Part shown: one piece after another, positions 1-10,590 of the stretch | How positions within the stretch are numbered: position 1 is the first letter of the stretch | Layout of the letters: every line of letters starts with the position of its first letter | DNA from: Kiritimatiellia bacterium | GTDB lineage: Bacteria > Verrucomicrobiota > Kiritimatiellia > JAAZAB01 | Direction of reading: 5' to 3' | DNA: 26,610 nucleotides | Assembly: GCA_040767085.1 (NCBI GenBank) | Contig: JAXGPF010000023.1 | Span: 1-26,610 of the forward strand | Position numbers and translations under genes: made by a program | The notes under the pieces: model-generated | Told to the model about the DNA's origin: nothing | The model's database searches: none | What the model saw: the letters and a program-made list of their open reading frames with translations, nothing else

Positions 1-81
1 GTTAGGAAATGTCTTTGTTGGCTCGTCCTCTGCGAGGGCTCGCCAGCCGATTTTAAGCGCAAATTGGAATTTTTTATCTTT
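1..81. repeat. Left arm of a perfect 81-bp inverted repeat (pairs with 1509-1589); may continue left of the window
   Basis: GTTAGGAAATGTCTTTGTTGGCTCG...AATTTTTTATCTTT is the exact reverse complement of 1509-1589 (position n pairs with 1590-n). The first mismatch is at 82/1508. Confidence 0.97.
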
Positions 82-146
82 GCCCCGAAGGGGCTGGCCA
101 AAAGCGGGCTTCCCGAATTTTTATTTTTAATTTTTAAGGAGAAACT

Positions 147-1730
<1,584 letters not shown>

Positions 1731-1745
<15 letters not shown>

Positions 1746-1839
1746 AAACTAAAAGCGGCGAGGGTAGCCGCTTTTAGAGGCCGGCGAATGCCGGCCCCGC
1801 AGGGTTGCAATGGCGGGCGGCCATTGCAACAAACCGCTG
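1731..1839. repeat. Hairpin cluster: three perfect stems enclosed by a 10-bp inverted repeat
   Basis: Stems at 1749-1777 (11 bp, CTAAAAGCGGC/GCCGCTTTTAG), 1779-1796 (7 bp, GGCCGGC/GCCGGCC) and 1804-1830 (11 bp, GTTGCAATGGC/GCCATTGCAAC). CAGCGGTTTG (1731-1740) pairs with CAAACCGCTG (1830-1839). Confidence 0.9.
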
Positions 1840-1868
1840 CTTTCAACCACTCAGCCACCTCTCCGAAA
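1830..1868 (-). repeat. 39-bp direct repeat of 1649-1687: orphan 5' half of tRNA-Ser (4 nt of leader to the first anticodon base)
   Basis: CAAACCGCTGCTTTCAACCACTCAGCCACCTCTCCGAAA is identical at 1649-1687 and 1830-1868 (offset 181). Confidence 0.96.
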
Positions 1869-1897
1869 TCAATGCGCCTGGCATGGGTCGCGGGTGC

Positions 1898-1926
1898 ATG
1901 TTATGCCGGAAACACGGCATAGACAA
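1898..1926 (-). promoter_or_regulatory. Putative sigma70 promoter for the tRNA locus
   Basis: Minus strand TTGTCT-17 bp-TAACAT followed by a GC-rich discriminator (GCACCCGCG), ~33 bp upstream of the orphan tRNA 5' half. Confidence 0.6.
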
Positions 1927-2009
1927 GCATAAAAACGCAGAATCCACATTTGCCGTCTTCCATGGGCATGATGCAGCCATGGCCATGGCGGGGACTTCTA
2001 AAATAATCC

Positions 2010-2038
2010 TTGACAGCCCGGCCGGCAGCGAGTACTTT
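2010..2038 (+). promoter_or_regulatory. Putative sigma70 promoter of operon 1
   Basis: TTGACA (2010-2015)-17 bp-TACTTT (2033-2038) with an AT-rich upstream tract. Confidence 0.75.
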
Positions 2039-2047
2039 CCCTCTTAG

Positions 2048-2059
2048 TTAAGCGCTTAA
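2048..2059. promoter_or_regulatory. Putative LacI-family operator
   Basis: Perfect CG-centred palindrome TTAAGCGCTTAA just downstream of the -10 box and upstream of a LacI-family gene. Confidence 0.65.
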
Positions 2060-2150
2060 ATATCTAGTTGATCGATTTTAATTGAACTCGTTCAACGATG
2101 GGAAATCGTAAAATTAAAACGTTCTAAATATTCTCGGCAGAACAGCGGAT

Positions 2151-3188
2151 ATGGCCAATATTTATGATGTGGCGAAAATAGCCCGGGTGTCAACGGCGAC
2201 GGTTTCGCTCGCCATGCGCGATAGCGCCCGTTTGAATGAAGCCACCCGGTTGCGCGTGCAGGCGGTGGCCGCCAAGATGCATTACAAGCCCAGCCGGATT
2301 GCCGCCAGCCTTGCGCAGCGGAAAACTAATATCATCGGGGTAATCCTGCCCAGCAGCCTGAACCCGGTTTATATCGAAACCCATGCCTGGATTGAACGGA
2401 CAGCCGGCGCCTGCGGGTATGACACCCAGGTCTATTTCATTGAGGAAGATCCCCGGCGCGAGCGCCGGTTCCTGGAAAAAATCTACGAGCAGCAGGTGGA
2501 CGGTTTGATCTTCATCCCCGCCTATCCGGATATCAATCGGGATTGCTACCTGCACCTGGCGGAAGCGCGGGTGCCGCTGGTGATCCGGGATCATCTCGCC
2601 TGGCTGCCCGAGGTGGATTCGGTTTCGGTGGACATGGAGCAGGGCGGTTACGCCGCGGTGCGGCACTTGCTGGACCTGGGTCATACCCGGATTGCGTTTG
2701 TGCAAAATCCGTTCGGGCTGGGGCACGGGTTGGGGCGGCGCAAAGGTTACCAGCGGGCCCTGGCGGAGCGCGGCGTGGCGGAGGATGAATCCCTGGTGCA
2801 TTTGTGCGGGATTCACCTGGACGACGGTTATAAAGCGACCAAGGCCCTGCTGGCCTTGCGCGATCGCCCGACGGCCATATTTTTCCAATGCGATTTACTG
2901 GCCATGGGAAGCTTTGCCGCTGTGCGGGAAGCGGGCTTGAAGATTCCCGGCGATATTTCCATCGTAGGATTTGACGATATCAGCTTTGCGGCCTGCCTGG
3001 AAACCCCGCTGACCTCGGTGGCGCAGCCCAAGCGCGAACTGGCCGAGACGCTGCTGGCAACCTTGATGCGGCGGCTGGAGCATCCCTCCGCGCCGCCGCG
3101 CCATTTGATGATCGCGCCGGAGTTGGTCATCCGGCGTTCGTCCGGCGTCTGCCCGAAGCGGGCAGGCGCGCGCGGCCGGAAGGACTGA
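2151..3188 (+). CDS. LacI-family transcriptional regulator
   Basis: N-terminal IYDVAKIARVSTATVSLA HTH, YKPSRIAASL hinge, C-terminal PGDISIVGFDD...TPLTSVAQP...PELVIRRS. Confidence 0.96.
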   Translation: MANIYDVAKIARVSTATVSLAMRDSARLNEATRLRVQAVAAKMHYKPSRIAASLAQRKTNIIGVILPSSLNPVYIETHAWIERTAGACGYDTQVYFIEEDPRRERRFLEKIYEQQVDGLIFIPAYPDINRDCYLHLAEARVPLVIRDHLAWLPEVDSVSVDMEQGGYAAVRHLLDLGHTRIAFVQNPFGLGHGLGRRKGYQRALAERGVAEDESLVHLCGIHLDDGYKATKALLALRDRPTAIFFQCDLLAMGSFAAVREAGLKIPGDISIVGFDDISFAACLETPLTSVAQPKRELAETLLATLMRRLEHPSAPPRHLMIAPELVIRRSSGVCPKRAGARGRKD

Positions 3189-3191
3189 ATC

Positions 3192-4337
3192 ATGCACATA
3201 TCTGACATACGGCAATTACAGGTTGGCGCGCGGGAGTTTTTGCTGTCCATGCGGCTCGGCAACACCTGGCGTTTCCGCTTTTGCGCCGCCAACCAGGACG
3301 CGTTGATTGCCTCGTCGCTGGCCGCCATGCTGGGCGGGCTGCTCGGATTCTGCGAAGAATTGACGGAGCGGCAGCGGCAGGCTTGGGCGGAGTACATCAA
3401 TGATTTTCAGAACGCGGATGGCTGGTATGAAGATGAAGATATTTCCGCGGCCAACCTGTGCCCCGGCTACCTGCCGGACCGGGCGCGCCTGCACCGGACG
3501 CGGCACGCCCTGTTTGCCCTGTACGCGCTGGGCGCGCGTCCCCGGCGGCCCTGGCGTTTCCTGGAAAACTGGCTGGATTCCGACAAGCGGCGGGCATGGT
3601 GCGCGGGATTGAATCTGGCGGATTACTGGTATGCGAGCAACATGCTGATGGATGCCGCGGTTTTCCTCCTGGACCAGCTCCATTTCCAGCGCGATGAATC
3701 GGCGCGGCGCGCCTTGAACGGCCTGCTGGATTTCTGCGATGCCCATATCAATCCGGAGACCGGGTTCCATGACGGCGGATTGAGCGAAACGCGCAACGCC
3801 ATGGCCGGCGCCATGCATCTGTATCCCGTTTACGTCTTGATGCGCCGCCCAATCCTGCATGCCGGCGCGGCGCTCCAGACCGTCGCGGCCTTGCAGCAGC
3901 CGGACGGCTTGTTCGGGTATGCATCCGGCACGGGCGGCGAAGATTGCCTGGATTATGATGCCATGATGATTTTGTCCAATCTTAGCTTCGTTGATTCCAG
4001 CCAGGCGCCGTCTGTGCGGCTGGCGCTGGAAAAGTGCCTGACCGGAATCATGGTTTGCCGCAACGCCGATGGCGGATTCGCCTGCCACCGCCGGCCGGAA
4101 ACCTATTATTTCGGCACGCGCACCACCGCGGTGCCTCCCGGCCGCAGCAGCCTGTGGGCGACTTACAGCCGCCTGCTGACCATTGCCATTGTCGCCAACA
4201 ACCTTTTTCCGGATACCCGGCCGGCCTGGCGGATGGGCGCCAACCTGATGGAAATCTGGGATGGAGGCGCCGGGCTTATGCCGGCCTATCCGCCGGCCGG
4301 CGCGCCGGAAGCCCACGCCGGGGCCGAAGCCGGGTAA
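3192..4337 (+). CDS. Hypothetical protein with prenyltransferase/squalene-cyclase-like (alpha/alpha toroid) repeats
   Basis: QW-like repeats FQNADGWY, INPETGF, LQQPDGLFG, CRNADGGF. Starts 3 bp after the lacI-family stop. No signal peptide. Confidence 0.7.
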   Translation: MHISDIRQLQVGAREFLLSMRLGNTWRFRFCAANQDALIASSLAAMLGGLLGFCEELTERQRQAWAEYINDFQNADGWYEDEDISAANLCPGYLPDRARLHRTRHALFALYALGARPRRPWRFLENWLDSDKRRAWCAGLNLADYWYASNMLMDAAVFLLDQLHFQRDESARRALNGLLDFCDAHINPETGFHDGGLSETRNAMAGAMHLYPVYVLMRRPILHAGAALQTVAALQQPDGLFGYASGTGGEDCLDYDAMMILSNLSFVDSSQAPSVRLALEKCLTGIMVCRNADGGFACHRRPETYYFGTRTTAVPPGRSSLWATYSRLLTIAIVANNLFPDTRPAWRMGANLMEIWDGGAGLMPAYPPAGAPEAHAGAEAG

Positions 4338-4354
4338 ACGATGGAGGTGGATGA

Positions 4355-6484
4355 ATGCATGCCGCTGGTATGCCGTTCGCATTAACCAGAAACGGCCGCG
4401 CCGCCTGTACGATCGTCAGCGATGCGGCGGGCCGGCGGACGCCGTACGCGGCGGCGTTGCAGTTGGCCGCAGGTTTTCGCGCGCTCAGCGGAATCAAACT
4501 GCCCGTGTTGATCTCATCCGCCGCTATCCGGACGCCGGCGATCTGCCTGGGCGTCTTCCGCCGGTCGCGCCTGATCAGGGATTTGCTGGCCCGGGAACAG
4601 ATCCTGTTATCCGGCGCGGCGGAGCGGGACACGCGCGCTACCGTGTTGAGCAATCTGACGCTTTATCCAGAAGACCTGGGCGGGCAGGGGTTCGTCGTTT
4701 ACGGCGCGCGTTGCCAGGGGCAGCCGACGCTCATCCTGACGGCCAATACGGAGCAGGGACTGGCTTATGCCGTGCAGACCCTGCTGAGCCGAATTTATCG
4801 GGCAGCCGGCGCCTGGCGGATTTTCGGCCTCGGCACCCGGTTCCTGCCGGCGCTCAACCGGCCGGCCTTCGCCGCCCGCAGCCTGGCCACGTTTATTTCC
4901 GGCCCTTGTTACATGTTTCCCGGCCAATGGGAAAAGGAATTCGGCCGCGATTACCGGCGTTTTCTCGACTGGATGAGCGGGCATAAATTCAACCACCTGC
5001 TGGATTGGTCGTTCACCCCGGACGCGGGGATCGGCTATCGTTCCAGGCTCTTTCCGGAACTGGTGAACCGGCAGCATCCCAATGTCCGGCATGAATACAT
5101 GCGCGGTATGCTGCGTTATGCGCGGCAGCGCCACATCAAAACCTGGCTTTTCTTTAAACTGCCATTCCTGGATTATGCCGGGGACAAGAGCGGACCGCAC
5201 TGTCCGATGATCGGGGAAGACCGGCCGATTGTGTCCTCCGTCCGGACCGTGGCGGATGCCGGACGCCGCGGGCAGCCCCTGCGGATGGTCTGCCTGTCCC
5301 GGCCGCAAACCAGGCAATTCTGGCGGCAATACATTGCCGAACTTGTTACGCGTTACCCGGACATTGACGGGCTGGGCTGCGAGGTGGGCGAACACCTGTC
5401 GTCATATTGCGCCTGTCCGGATTGCAAGGGGCGGGAGCAGGAGTTGGGGTATGAGTATTTCAAGCTCATGGCCGACACGGCGCGCCGGATCAAGCCGTCG
5501 CTGAAATTGTGGTTCTACCGGGCGGCCGGCGCCGCGCGCATAGCCGAGCGGCGGGCGGAATTCGGCGATGTCACCATGATCGGCTGGGGCTTTACGGAAT
5601 TCTGGGACGCGCGGCGTTCCGTGCCGCGCGGCGACTGGTTCCTCTGCCATACCGGCAATAATGAGCATGCCGAGGCGTATCTGCGCCAGGCCGTCAACAC
5701 GCTCAGCCGGAACAGGTTTGACGGCATTCAAATCCGAGGCACGAAATACATGGAATGGGAAGCGAAGTACCGCGCCTTTGAGGAGTTGACATGGAATCCT
5801 GATTTGTCACTGGAGGACCTGGCCGTCCTGAACACCATCCGGGAGGAGCGCCGATACGATCGGGCACTGGTAGACATCTATTTGCATTGGATGCGTTGGG
5901 TGGAAGCCGACCATGCCCCGGCTTTTCAATATCTGAACCAATTCCGTCTGCCGGACGAATGGCTGGCCGCGGAATTATATTCTGCACGCCGTAAGTCCGA
6001 GTTGGCAAAGCTGCAGCGGCTGCTGGCGCAATACCGCGGCACCTCGCCGCGGGTGCGGCATATCGCCGTGGAATTGCGCCGGATGCTTTATTCCATCCAG
6101 TTGCTGGCCGGCGAATTCCCCTTGCGGCGCCGCGCAACCGTTAGCGACGATCCCTGGACGGGCATCCTGACGCTGCGGGCGGATGGCTTTGGCGAGTGCT
6201 CGGTGCGTCTGCCGGCCGGAAGCTATACGGCGACGGCGGTTATGAAAAACACCGGCGCTGAACCGTGCAATGTCGGTTTGCAACTCAACGGCCGGCCGGC
6301 CGCCGAATTTGCCCCGGCGTTGCTGCCCCCCGGCGGGTTGACCTGGCAGACCCTGGCCGCGCGGTTCACAGCCGTCAAGCCGGGCGCCCAGCGGCTGCGG
6401 CTCCAGCTTCTGAACGGAGATGCCTGCGCCATTCACCGGGTTGTCATCGAGCCGGAAGCGAACATGAAAGGAATACGAGCATGA
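4355..6484 (+). CDS. Putative glycoside-hydrolase-like protein (GH20/GH67-type N domain, TIM barrel, C-terminal CBM-like beta sandwich)
   Basis: GGAGG RBS. LGGQGFVV...LILTANTEQGLAYAVQTLL (GH20 domain-2-like), RRFLDWMSGHKFNHL, YCACPDC motif, C-terminal LPAGSYTAT...GAQRLRLQ beta sandwich. Family not assignable by eye. Confidence 0.65.
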   Translation: MHAAGMPFALTRNGRAACTIVSDAAGRRTPYAAALQLAAGFRALSGIKLPVLISSAAIRTPAICLGVFRRSRLIRDLLAREQILLSGAAERDTRATVLSNLTLYPEDLGGQGFVVYGARCQGQPTLILTANTEQGLAYAVQTLLSRIYRAAGAWRIFGLGTRFLPALNRPAFAARSLATFISGPCYMFPGQWEKEFGRDYRRFLDWMSGHKFNHLLDWSFTPDAGIGYRSRLFPELVNRQHPNVRHEYMRGMLRYARQRHIKTWLFFKLPFLDYAGDKSGPHCPMIGEDRPIVSSVRTVADAGRRGQPLRMVCLSRPQTRQFWRQYIAELVTRYPDIDGLGCEVGEHLSSYCACPDCKGREQELGYEYFKLMADTARRIKPSLKLWFYRAAGAARIAERRAEFGDVTMIGWGFTEFWDARRSVPRGDWFLCHTGNNEHAEAYLRQAVNTLSRNRFDGIQIRGTKYMEWEAKYRAFEELTWNPDLSLEDLAVLNTIREERRYDRALVDIYLHWMRWVEADHAPAFQYLNQFRLPDEWLAAELYSARRKSELAKLQRLLAQYRGTSPRVRHIAVELRRMLYSIQLLAGEFPLRRRATVSDDPWTGILTLRADGFGECSVRLPAGSYTATAVMKNTGAEPCNVGLQLNGRPAAEFAPALLPPGGLTWQTLAARFTAVKPGAQRLRLQLLNGDACAIHRVVIEPEANMKGIRA

Positions 6485-9400
6485 AGTTGTTGGTCAGAAT
6501 TTTGGCATGCGCCTGGTTGAGCGCTTGGCTGGCCCAGGTTGCGGCCGCGGATGCGATTGAAGAAGACAGCGGCGAGTTGATTCCGATCATGGATGCCTGT
6601 CGCAGCAACGCGTATGCCCCCAATCCGCTGTACCTGCGCGCCATGCCCGATCAGCCCTGGGCGGTTGGGCCGGCGGCGCGGCGCGTGCCGGTTTTGATTT
6701 CCGAGACGGTCGGTTTGGCGCGGGACCTTTGGCCGGTAAGCGTCCGGCTGGAATTGCCGGAGCCGGCCGGCGGCCGGGGTGTCCGCGTAGGCACTCCCGG
6801 CGGCGCGGAAATTCCGGCGCAGGTTGCCTGGACCGCCGGCGGCGGTGGCATGCTGCAGGCGGAGGTGACGTTCCTTGTCAGCATTCCGGCCGGCGGGCAG
6901 TTTCCGGTGTTTGTATATTATGACGGCCCGGCCGAGCCCGCGCCGGAGTCCCATGCCGCGATGGGAATTTTCCAGTTGCGCGACGCCGGCGACGCCTACC
7001 TGCTCCAGAATCCGCGCACGATTGTTGCTTTCCCGAAAAAATCCGGCCCGAACGGCGCGCTGGTCAGCCGGCTGCAGCCCCAGGGTTCGACGCGCAACCA
7101 GGTCGGCGGCGGACGGACCCGGCCGGAGGGCCATCATAGCGTCCTCGCGCCCGATACCCCCGCGCGGATCGTGGAAGACGGGCCGGTGCGCAAGAGCATC
7201 CGGTTCGATGACGGCACGAATGCCGTGACTTACAGCCTCACCGCGGCCTTGCCGGCGGTGTTTTTCGAATTCCAGGGGCGGTCGCCCCGGCAATTCATGA
7301 CCTGGCTGCCCGGCGGCGATACGGTCAACGACGACGTTTATTTTGAAACGACCGGCGGTGTCCGCCGTGTCTCCATTTCATACGGGCAGGGGGTGAAGGA
7401 TGTCGTCAGCAGCCGCCTGAAACCGCTGCTCAAGGAAGGCTGGATTGCGTTCCTGGACCGCCGCCGCGGCGAACTGGCCGGCAATTTTTTCGATACGGCG
7501 AGAGATTCCGTCAACCTGACGCCCCATTCGCGCGGTTTTGACACGCGGGTTTATATCGCCGATGCCGGCCAGGGCCAGGGCGTGCTGTATGCGGACCGCG
7601 ACAGCGATTTTGTCAATTGCCGCGACGCTTATATAGCCTGGAAAAATCCGCTCCAGATTGCGCTGGGCGCGTCTCAGGAACGGCATGACATCCCGGTTAC
7701 CCGGCCGATGTTCGGCCGGGATTTTTTGCGCATACACCTGGCATCGTGGCCGCCCGAAGCGGCGCGGGCTTCCGTGGAAAATATTAAAGAACATGGCGGC
7801 AATGCCGTGCTGTGGTGGGCGTCGCGCGTGATGTATCCTTCAAAATTCCTGCCGGGCGATCCGCTTGAGGTCAACTACCTGGCGGAAGGCATCCGGGCGG
7901 CGCATCAAGCCGGCCTGGCCTTCATTGCCGCGCATCCGCTGCTGACTTCCGGCAAGCACTTTGCGAAAAACTACCCGGAACTTGATCCTTACAAATTCTG
8001 GGCCTCGGCGGATGGGGCCAAAAAATCTGTTTACCTCTCGCCCCTGCTGGGGCGCGATCTTTTTGTCGGCGCGGCGGGCGAGTTGGCAGCCATGGACGTG
8101 GACGGCATCTGGCTGCTGGACGAGCGTTCATATCAACCGTCATTCCTGGCGGATGCCGAGAAAGCAGCATTCCGGCAAGCCTGGCGCATGGAGCCGCCGG
8201 CCAGCCTGGCGTCAAAAAACCTGAAAGATCCCGCGGAATTCGCGTTCTTCATGTTCAGCATGAACACGCTCTCGCAGTTGATGGAAGAGATGTCCGCCCG
8301 CGCCTGGTCCGTCAAACCGGGCTTGTTCCTGGGCAACACCACCAGCCCGGGCAATCTGCGGGTGCGCAGCGGATATCACGACCTGGAACGGTATGCCGAC
8401 TGCCAGACCAGCATCGTCATGGACTTGTATTCGAATCGCCCCGACATCCTTAAAATCTATCTGGCGCGCACGCGCGGCGCCATGGGCAACCGGCGTCCGG
8501 CCATGAGCATTTCCGGGTATGCGGGCTGGGATTTGCAACAGCCGGTGGAGTTGAACCAATATCTGCACGTCATGTTCGGCGCCAACTCGCTGGCTTTTTT
8601 TTCCCTGGGCCGGCCCTGCAACCCGGCGTCCGGCTTGGGCGTCAAGAAGGCGTTTGAATTTTTCGCTTATACCGGCCTGGATAAATTCCTGGCGCGCGCC
8701 CGGCCGTTGCCCTTCGCGGGGATCGTGCGGGACCAGGCGGCATTCCTGGCCGGTCTGCAGGCCGGCAAATATGCCGCCATCAGCGATTACGATAACCAGG
8801 TGAATAACCTGCTGGTGGCATTGGGCAATATCCCCGCTGACATCCTGTACGGTAAGTATTGCCGGGCGGACTTGTTGTCCGAATATGCCGTGGTCCTGGT
8901 TCCGGACAATCCGGCCGTTTCCGGCGATTTGGCGCTGGAGTTGAAAAAATATGTCGAACAGGGCGGCAACTTGATTTTGGAAGGCGCGGCGGTCAGCAAT
9001 GCGGTTCTGGCGGAATTGGCCGGCGTCCAGCCGGCCGGCGCGGAACAGGCCGGCCTGCTGGAAGTGTCAGGAACGGAAGGTGCGCTGGCGGGCTGGGATT
9101 GGCGTTGGCGCGGCGCCGTGACGCCGGTGGCAAGCCGGGGCGCGGAACTGCTGGCCTGCTTCACCAACGGCGCGCCGGCAGTAACCGTGGCGTCCGCGGG
9201 CCGCGGCAAAGTGGTTTACAGCGTACCGGTCTTGAGCGCCGCCGTGATCACGGATGACCAGCCGCGCCGTGCCGTGTGGAAACTGGTGGAATTCCTGGCC
9301 GGCGCGTTGCCCTTGAAGGTGGAGCCGCTGGGCGCCGAATCGCCTATTCTGGCCACCATGCTGACCCATGGCCGGGAACGCGTGGTTTGCGCCTATAACA

Positions 9401-10461
9401 CCTCGGCATTGCAGGAAGAATCGTTTGCGTTGCGCCTGGGGCCGATGCTGGAATCGCCGGCGGCCTGGGTGAGTTTCAAGACCGGCCGGGAAATTCCGGC
9501 GGCCGGCGGCCTGGCGCAATTCCGCCTCGGGCCCAACCAGGTTGATTTTTACCAGGCGGTGGACGTCCCCGGCTCCTGGCTGCCGGAAACTACCATCCAG
9601 ACCAATGGCGCGATCCACGCCGCCCGGCGTCCAGGGATGGAATTTCTTCAATCCGCCACCCCGGCGGCGCGGGCGGGCCGGCGCGCGAAATTAAAAGACG
9701 CCAATAAAATGTATGTCGGCATCTTCGATCCGGGGCGTAAAGTCAAAAAACCGCTGGATCTGGGCGCGGCGGCGATGCTGGAGGAATGCGGTCAATGGGA
9801 CAAGCTGGCAGCGGAAACGATAAATAGTCTTGAGCCGGAGATTCTGGCGCAATATGATGTGGTGGTCTTGCCCAATCGTTCTTTCCCTACGGATTACCCG
9901 CCGATTTGGGAGAGGCATGTCAGGCAATACGTCGAGGCCGGCGGAGGCGTTTTGCTCGTGCATCATTCGGTCGGCTACGGGGATTTCTCCGAGGCGACTT
10001 TGTTGTTCCCCGAGGTGGCCATGGGCCAGAAACCGGTTGCCAGCCGCAAAATGCGGATTGCCGGCGATCATCCCGCCGCCAGCGGGAGCGCCCTGCGCCG
10101 AAGGTTTGCGGATGATCTGGATAATCCGGCCTTCGTGCAGCAATACCGCGGCACGGAAATGCCGGCGGGGCAGGAAGGATCCTGCGGGTTCCCCGATTAC
10201 ATCGGCTTGAAAATCGGGCCGGCAGGGGCCTTGGTTGTGGAAGGCATGGCCGACAACGGCAACAGCCTTGCCCCGGCCGTGGCCGCCGGTTCCGTCGGAC
10301 GGGGCCGGGTGGTGATGTCGGGGATGTGCATCGGCTGCCGGCAGACGCCCGGTTCCGGGGACACTAAGTTTGAAGAAGCGCTTTCGCCGGGCTTGGAACG
10401 CAATCTGCTGATGAACAGCCTGTTCTGGCTGGGCGATAAAACCGGCCCGGAGGGGAAATAA
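6481..10461 (+). CDS. Large secreted multi-domain glycoside-hydrolase-like protein (1326 aa) with beta-galactosidase-trimerisation/GATase-like and ThuA-like domains
   Basis: Start moved from 6265 to ATG 6481, which overlaps the upstream stop (ATGA) and gives signal peptide MKLLVRILACAWLSAWLAQVAAA-D. VDGIWLLDE barrel motif; YAVVLVPD...LKKYVEQGGNLILEG and YDVVVLPN...VRQYVEAGGGVLLVHHSVG. Confidence 0.75.
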   Translation: MKLLVRILACAWLSAWLAQVAAADAIEEDSGELIPIMDACRSNAYAPNPLYLRAMPDQPWAVGPAARRVPVLISETVGLARDLWPVSVRLELPEPAGGRGVRVGTPGGAEIPAQVAWTAGGGGMLQAEVTFLVSIPAGGQFPVFVYYDGPAEPAPESHAAMGIFQLRDAGDAYLLQNPRTIVAFPKKSGPNGALVSRLQPQGSTRNQVGGGRTRPEGHHSVLAPDTPARIVEDGPVRKSIRFDDGTNAVTYSLTAALPAVFFEFQGRSPRQFMTWLPGGDTVNDDVYFETTGGVRRVSISYGQGVKDVVSSRLKPLLKEGWIAFLDRRRGELAGNFFDTARDSVNLTPHSRGFDTRVYIADAGQGQGVLYADRDSDFVNCRDAYIAWKNPLQIALGASQERHDIPVTRPMFGRDFLRIHLASWPPEAARASVENIKEHGGNAVLWWASRVMYPSKFLPGDPLEVNYLAEGIRAAHQAGLAFIAAHPLLTSGKHFAKNYPELDPYKFWASADGAKKSVYLSPLLGRDLFVGAAGELAAMDVDGIWLLDERSYQPSFLADAEKAAFRQAWRMEPPASLASKNLKDPAEFAFFMFSMNTLSQLMEEMSARAWSVKPGLFLGNTTSPGNLRVRSGYHDLERYADCQTSIVMDLYSNRPDILKIYLARTRGAMGNRRPAMSISGYAGWDLQQPVELNQYLHVMFGANSLAFFSLGRPCNPASGLGVKKAFEFFAYTGLDKFLARARPLPFAGIVRDQAAFLAGLQAGKYAAISDYDNQVNNLLVALGNIPADILYGKYCRADLLSEYAVVLVPDNPAVSGDLALELKKYVEQGGNLILEGAAVSNAVLAELAGVQPAGAEQAGLLEVSGTEGALAGWDWRWRGAVTPVASRGAELLACFTNGAPAVTVASAGRGKVVYSVPVLSAAVITDDQPRRAVWKLVEFLAGALPLKVEPLGAESPILATMLTHGRERVVCAYNTSALQEESFALRLGPMLESPAAWVSFKTGREIPAAGGLAQFRLGPNQVDFYQAVDVPGSWLPETTIQTNGAIHAARRPGMEFLQSATPAARAGRRAKLKDANKMYVGIFDPGRKVKKPLDLGAAAMLEECGQWDKLAAETINSLEPEILAQYDVVVLPNRSFPTDYPPIWERHVRQYVEAGGGVLLVHHSVGYGDFSEATLLFPEVAMGQKPVASRKMRIAGDHPAASGSALRRRFADDLDNPAFVQQYRGTEMPAGQEGSCGFPDYIGLKIGPAGALVVEGMADNGNSLAPAVAAGSVGRGRVVMSGMCIGCRQTPGSGDTKFEEALSPGLERNLLMNSLFWLGDKTGPEGK

Positions 10462-10519
10462 GCCACAAAGAAGACGCGGATAATTTACCAAGGAACCGGA
10501 TAAACGGGCTGAGGGATTA

Positions 10520-10555
10520 GCCACAAAAAACTCAAGAGGCACAAAATTCACAAAA
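10520..10555 (+). repeat. Four degenerate tandem 9-mers in an A-rich intergenic region
   Basis: GCCACAAAA AACTCAAGA GGCACAAAA TTCACAAAA, with a further GCCACAAAG at 10462-10470. Confidence 0.6.
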
Positions 10556-10590
10556 ATGGAAGCAAGTTCGGCAACAGAAGGAGGCAGGCG

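Noticed and set aside
6265-6480. N-terminal extension of the 1398-aa ORF
   Set aside because: Overlaps the upstream gene by over 200 bp. ATG 6481 gives ATGA coupling and a clean signal peptide.
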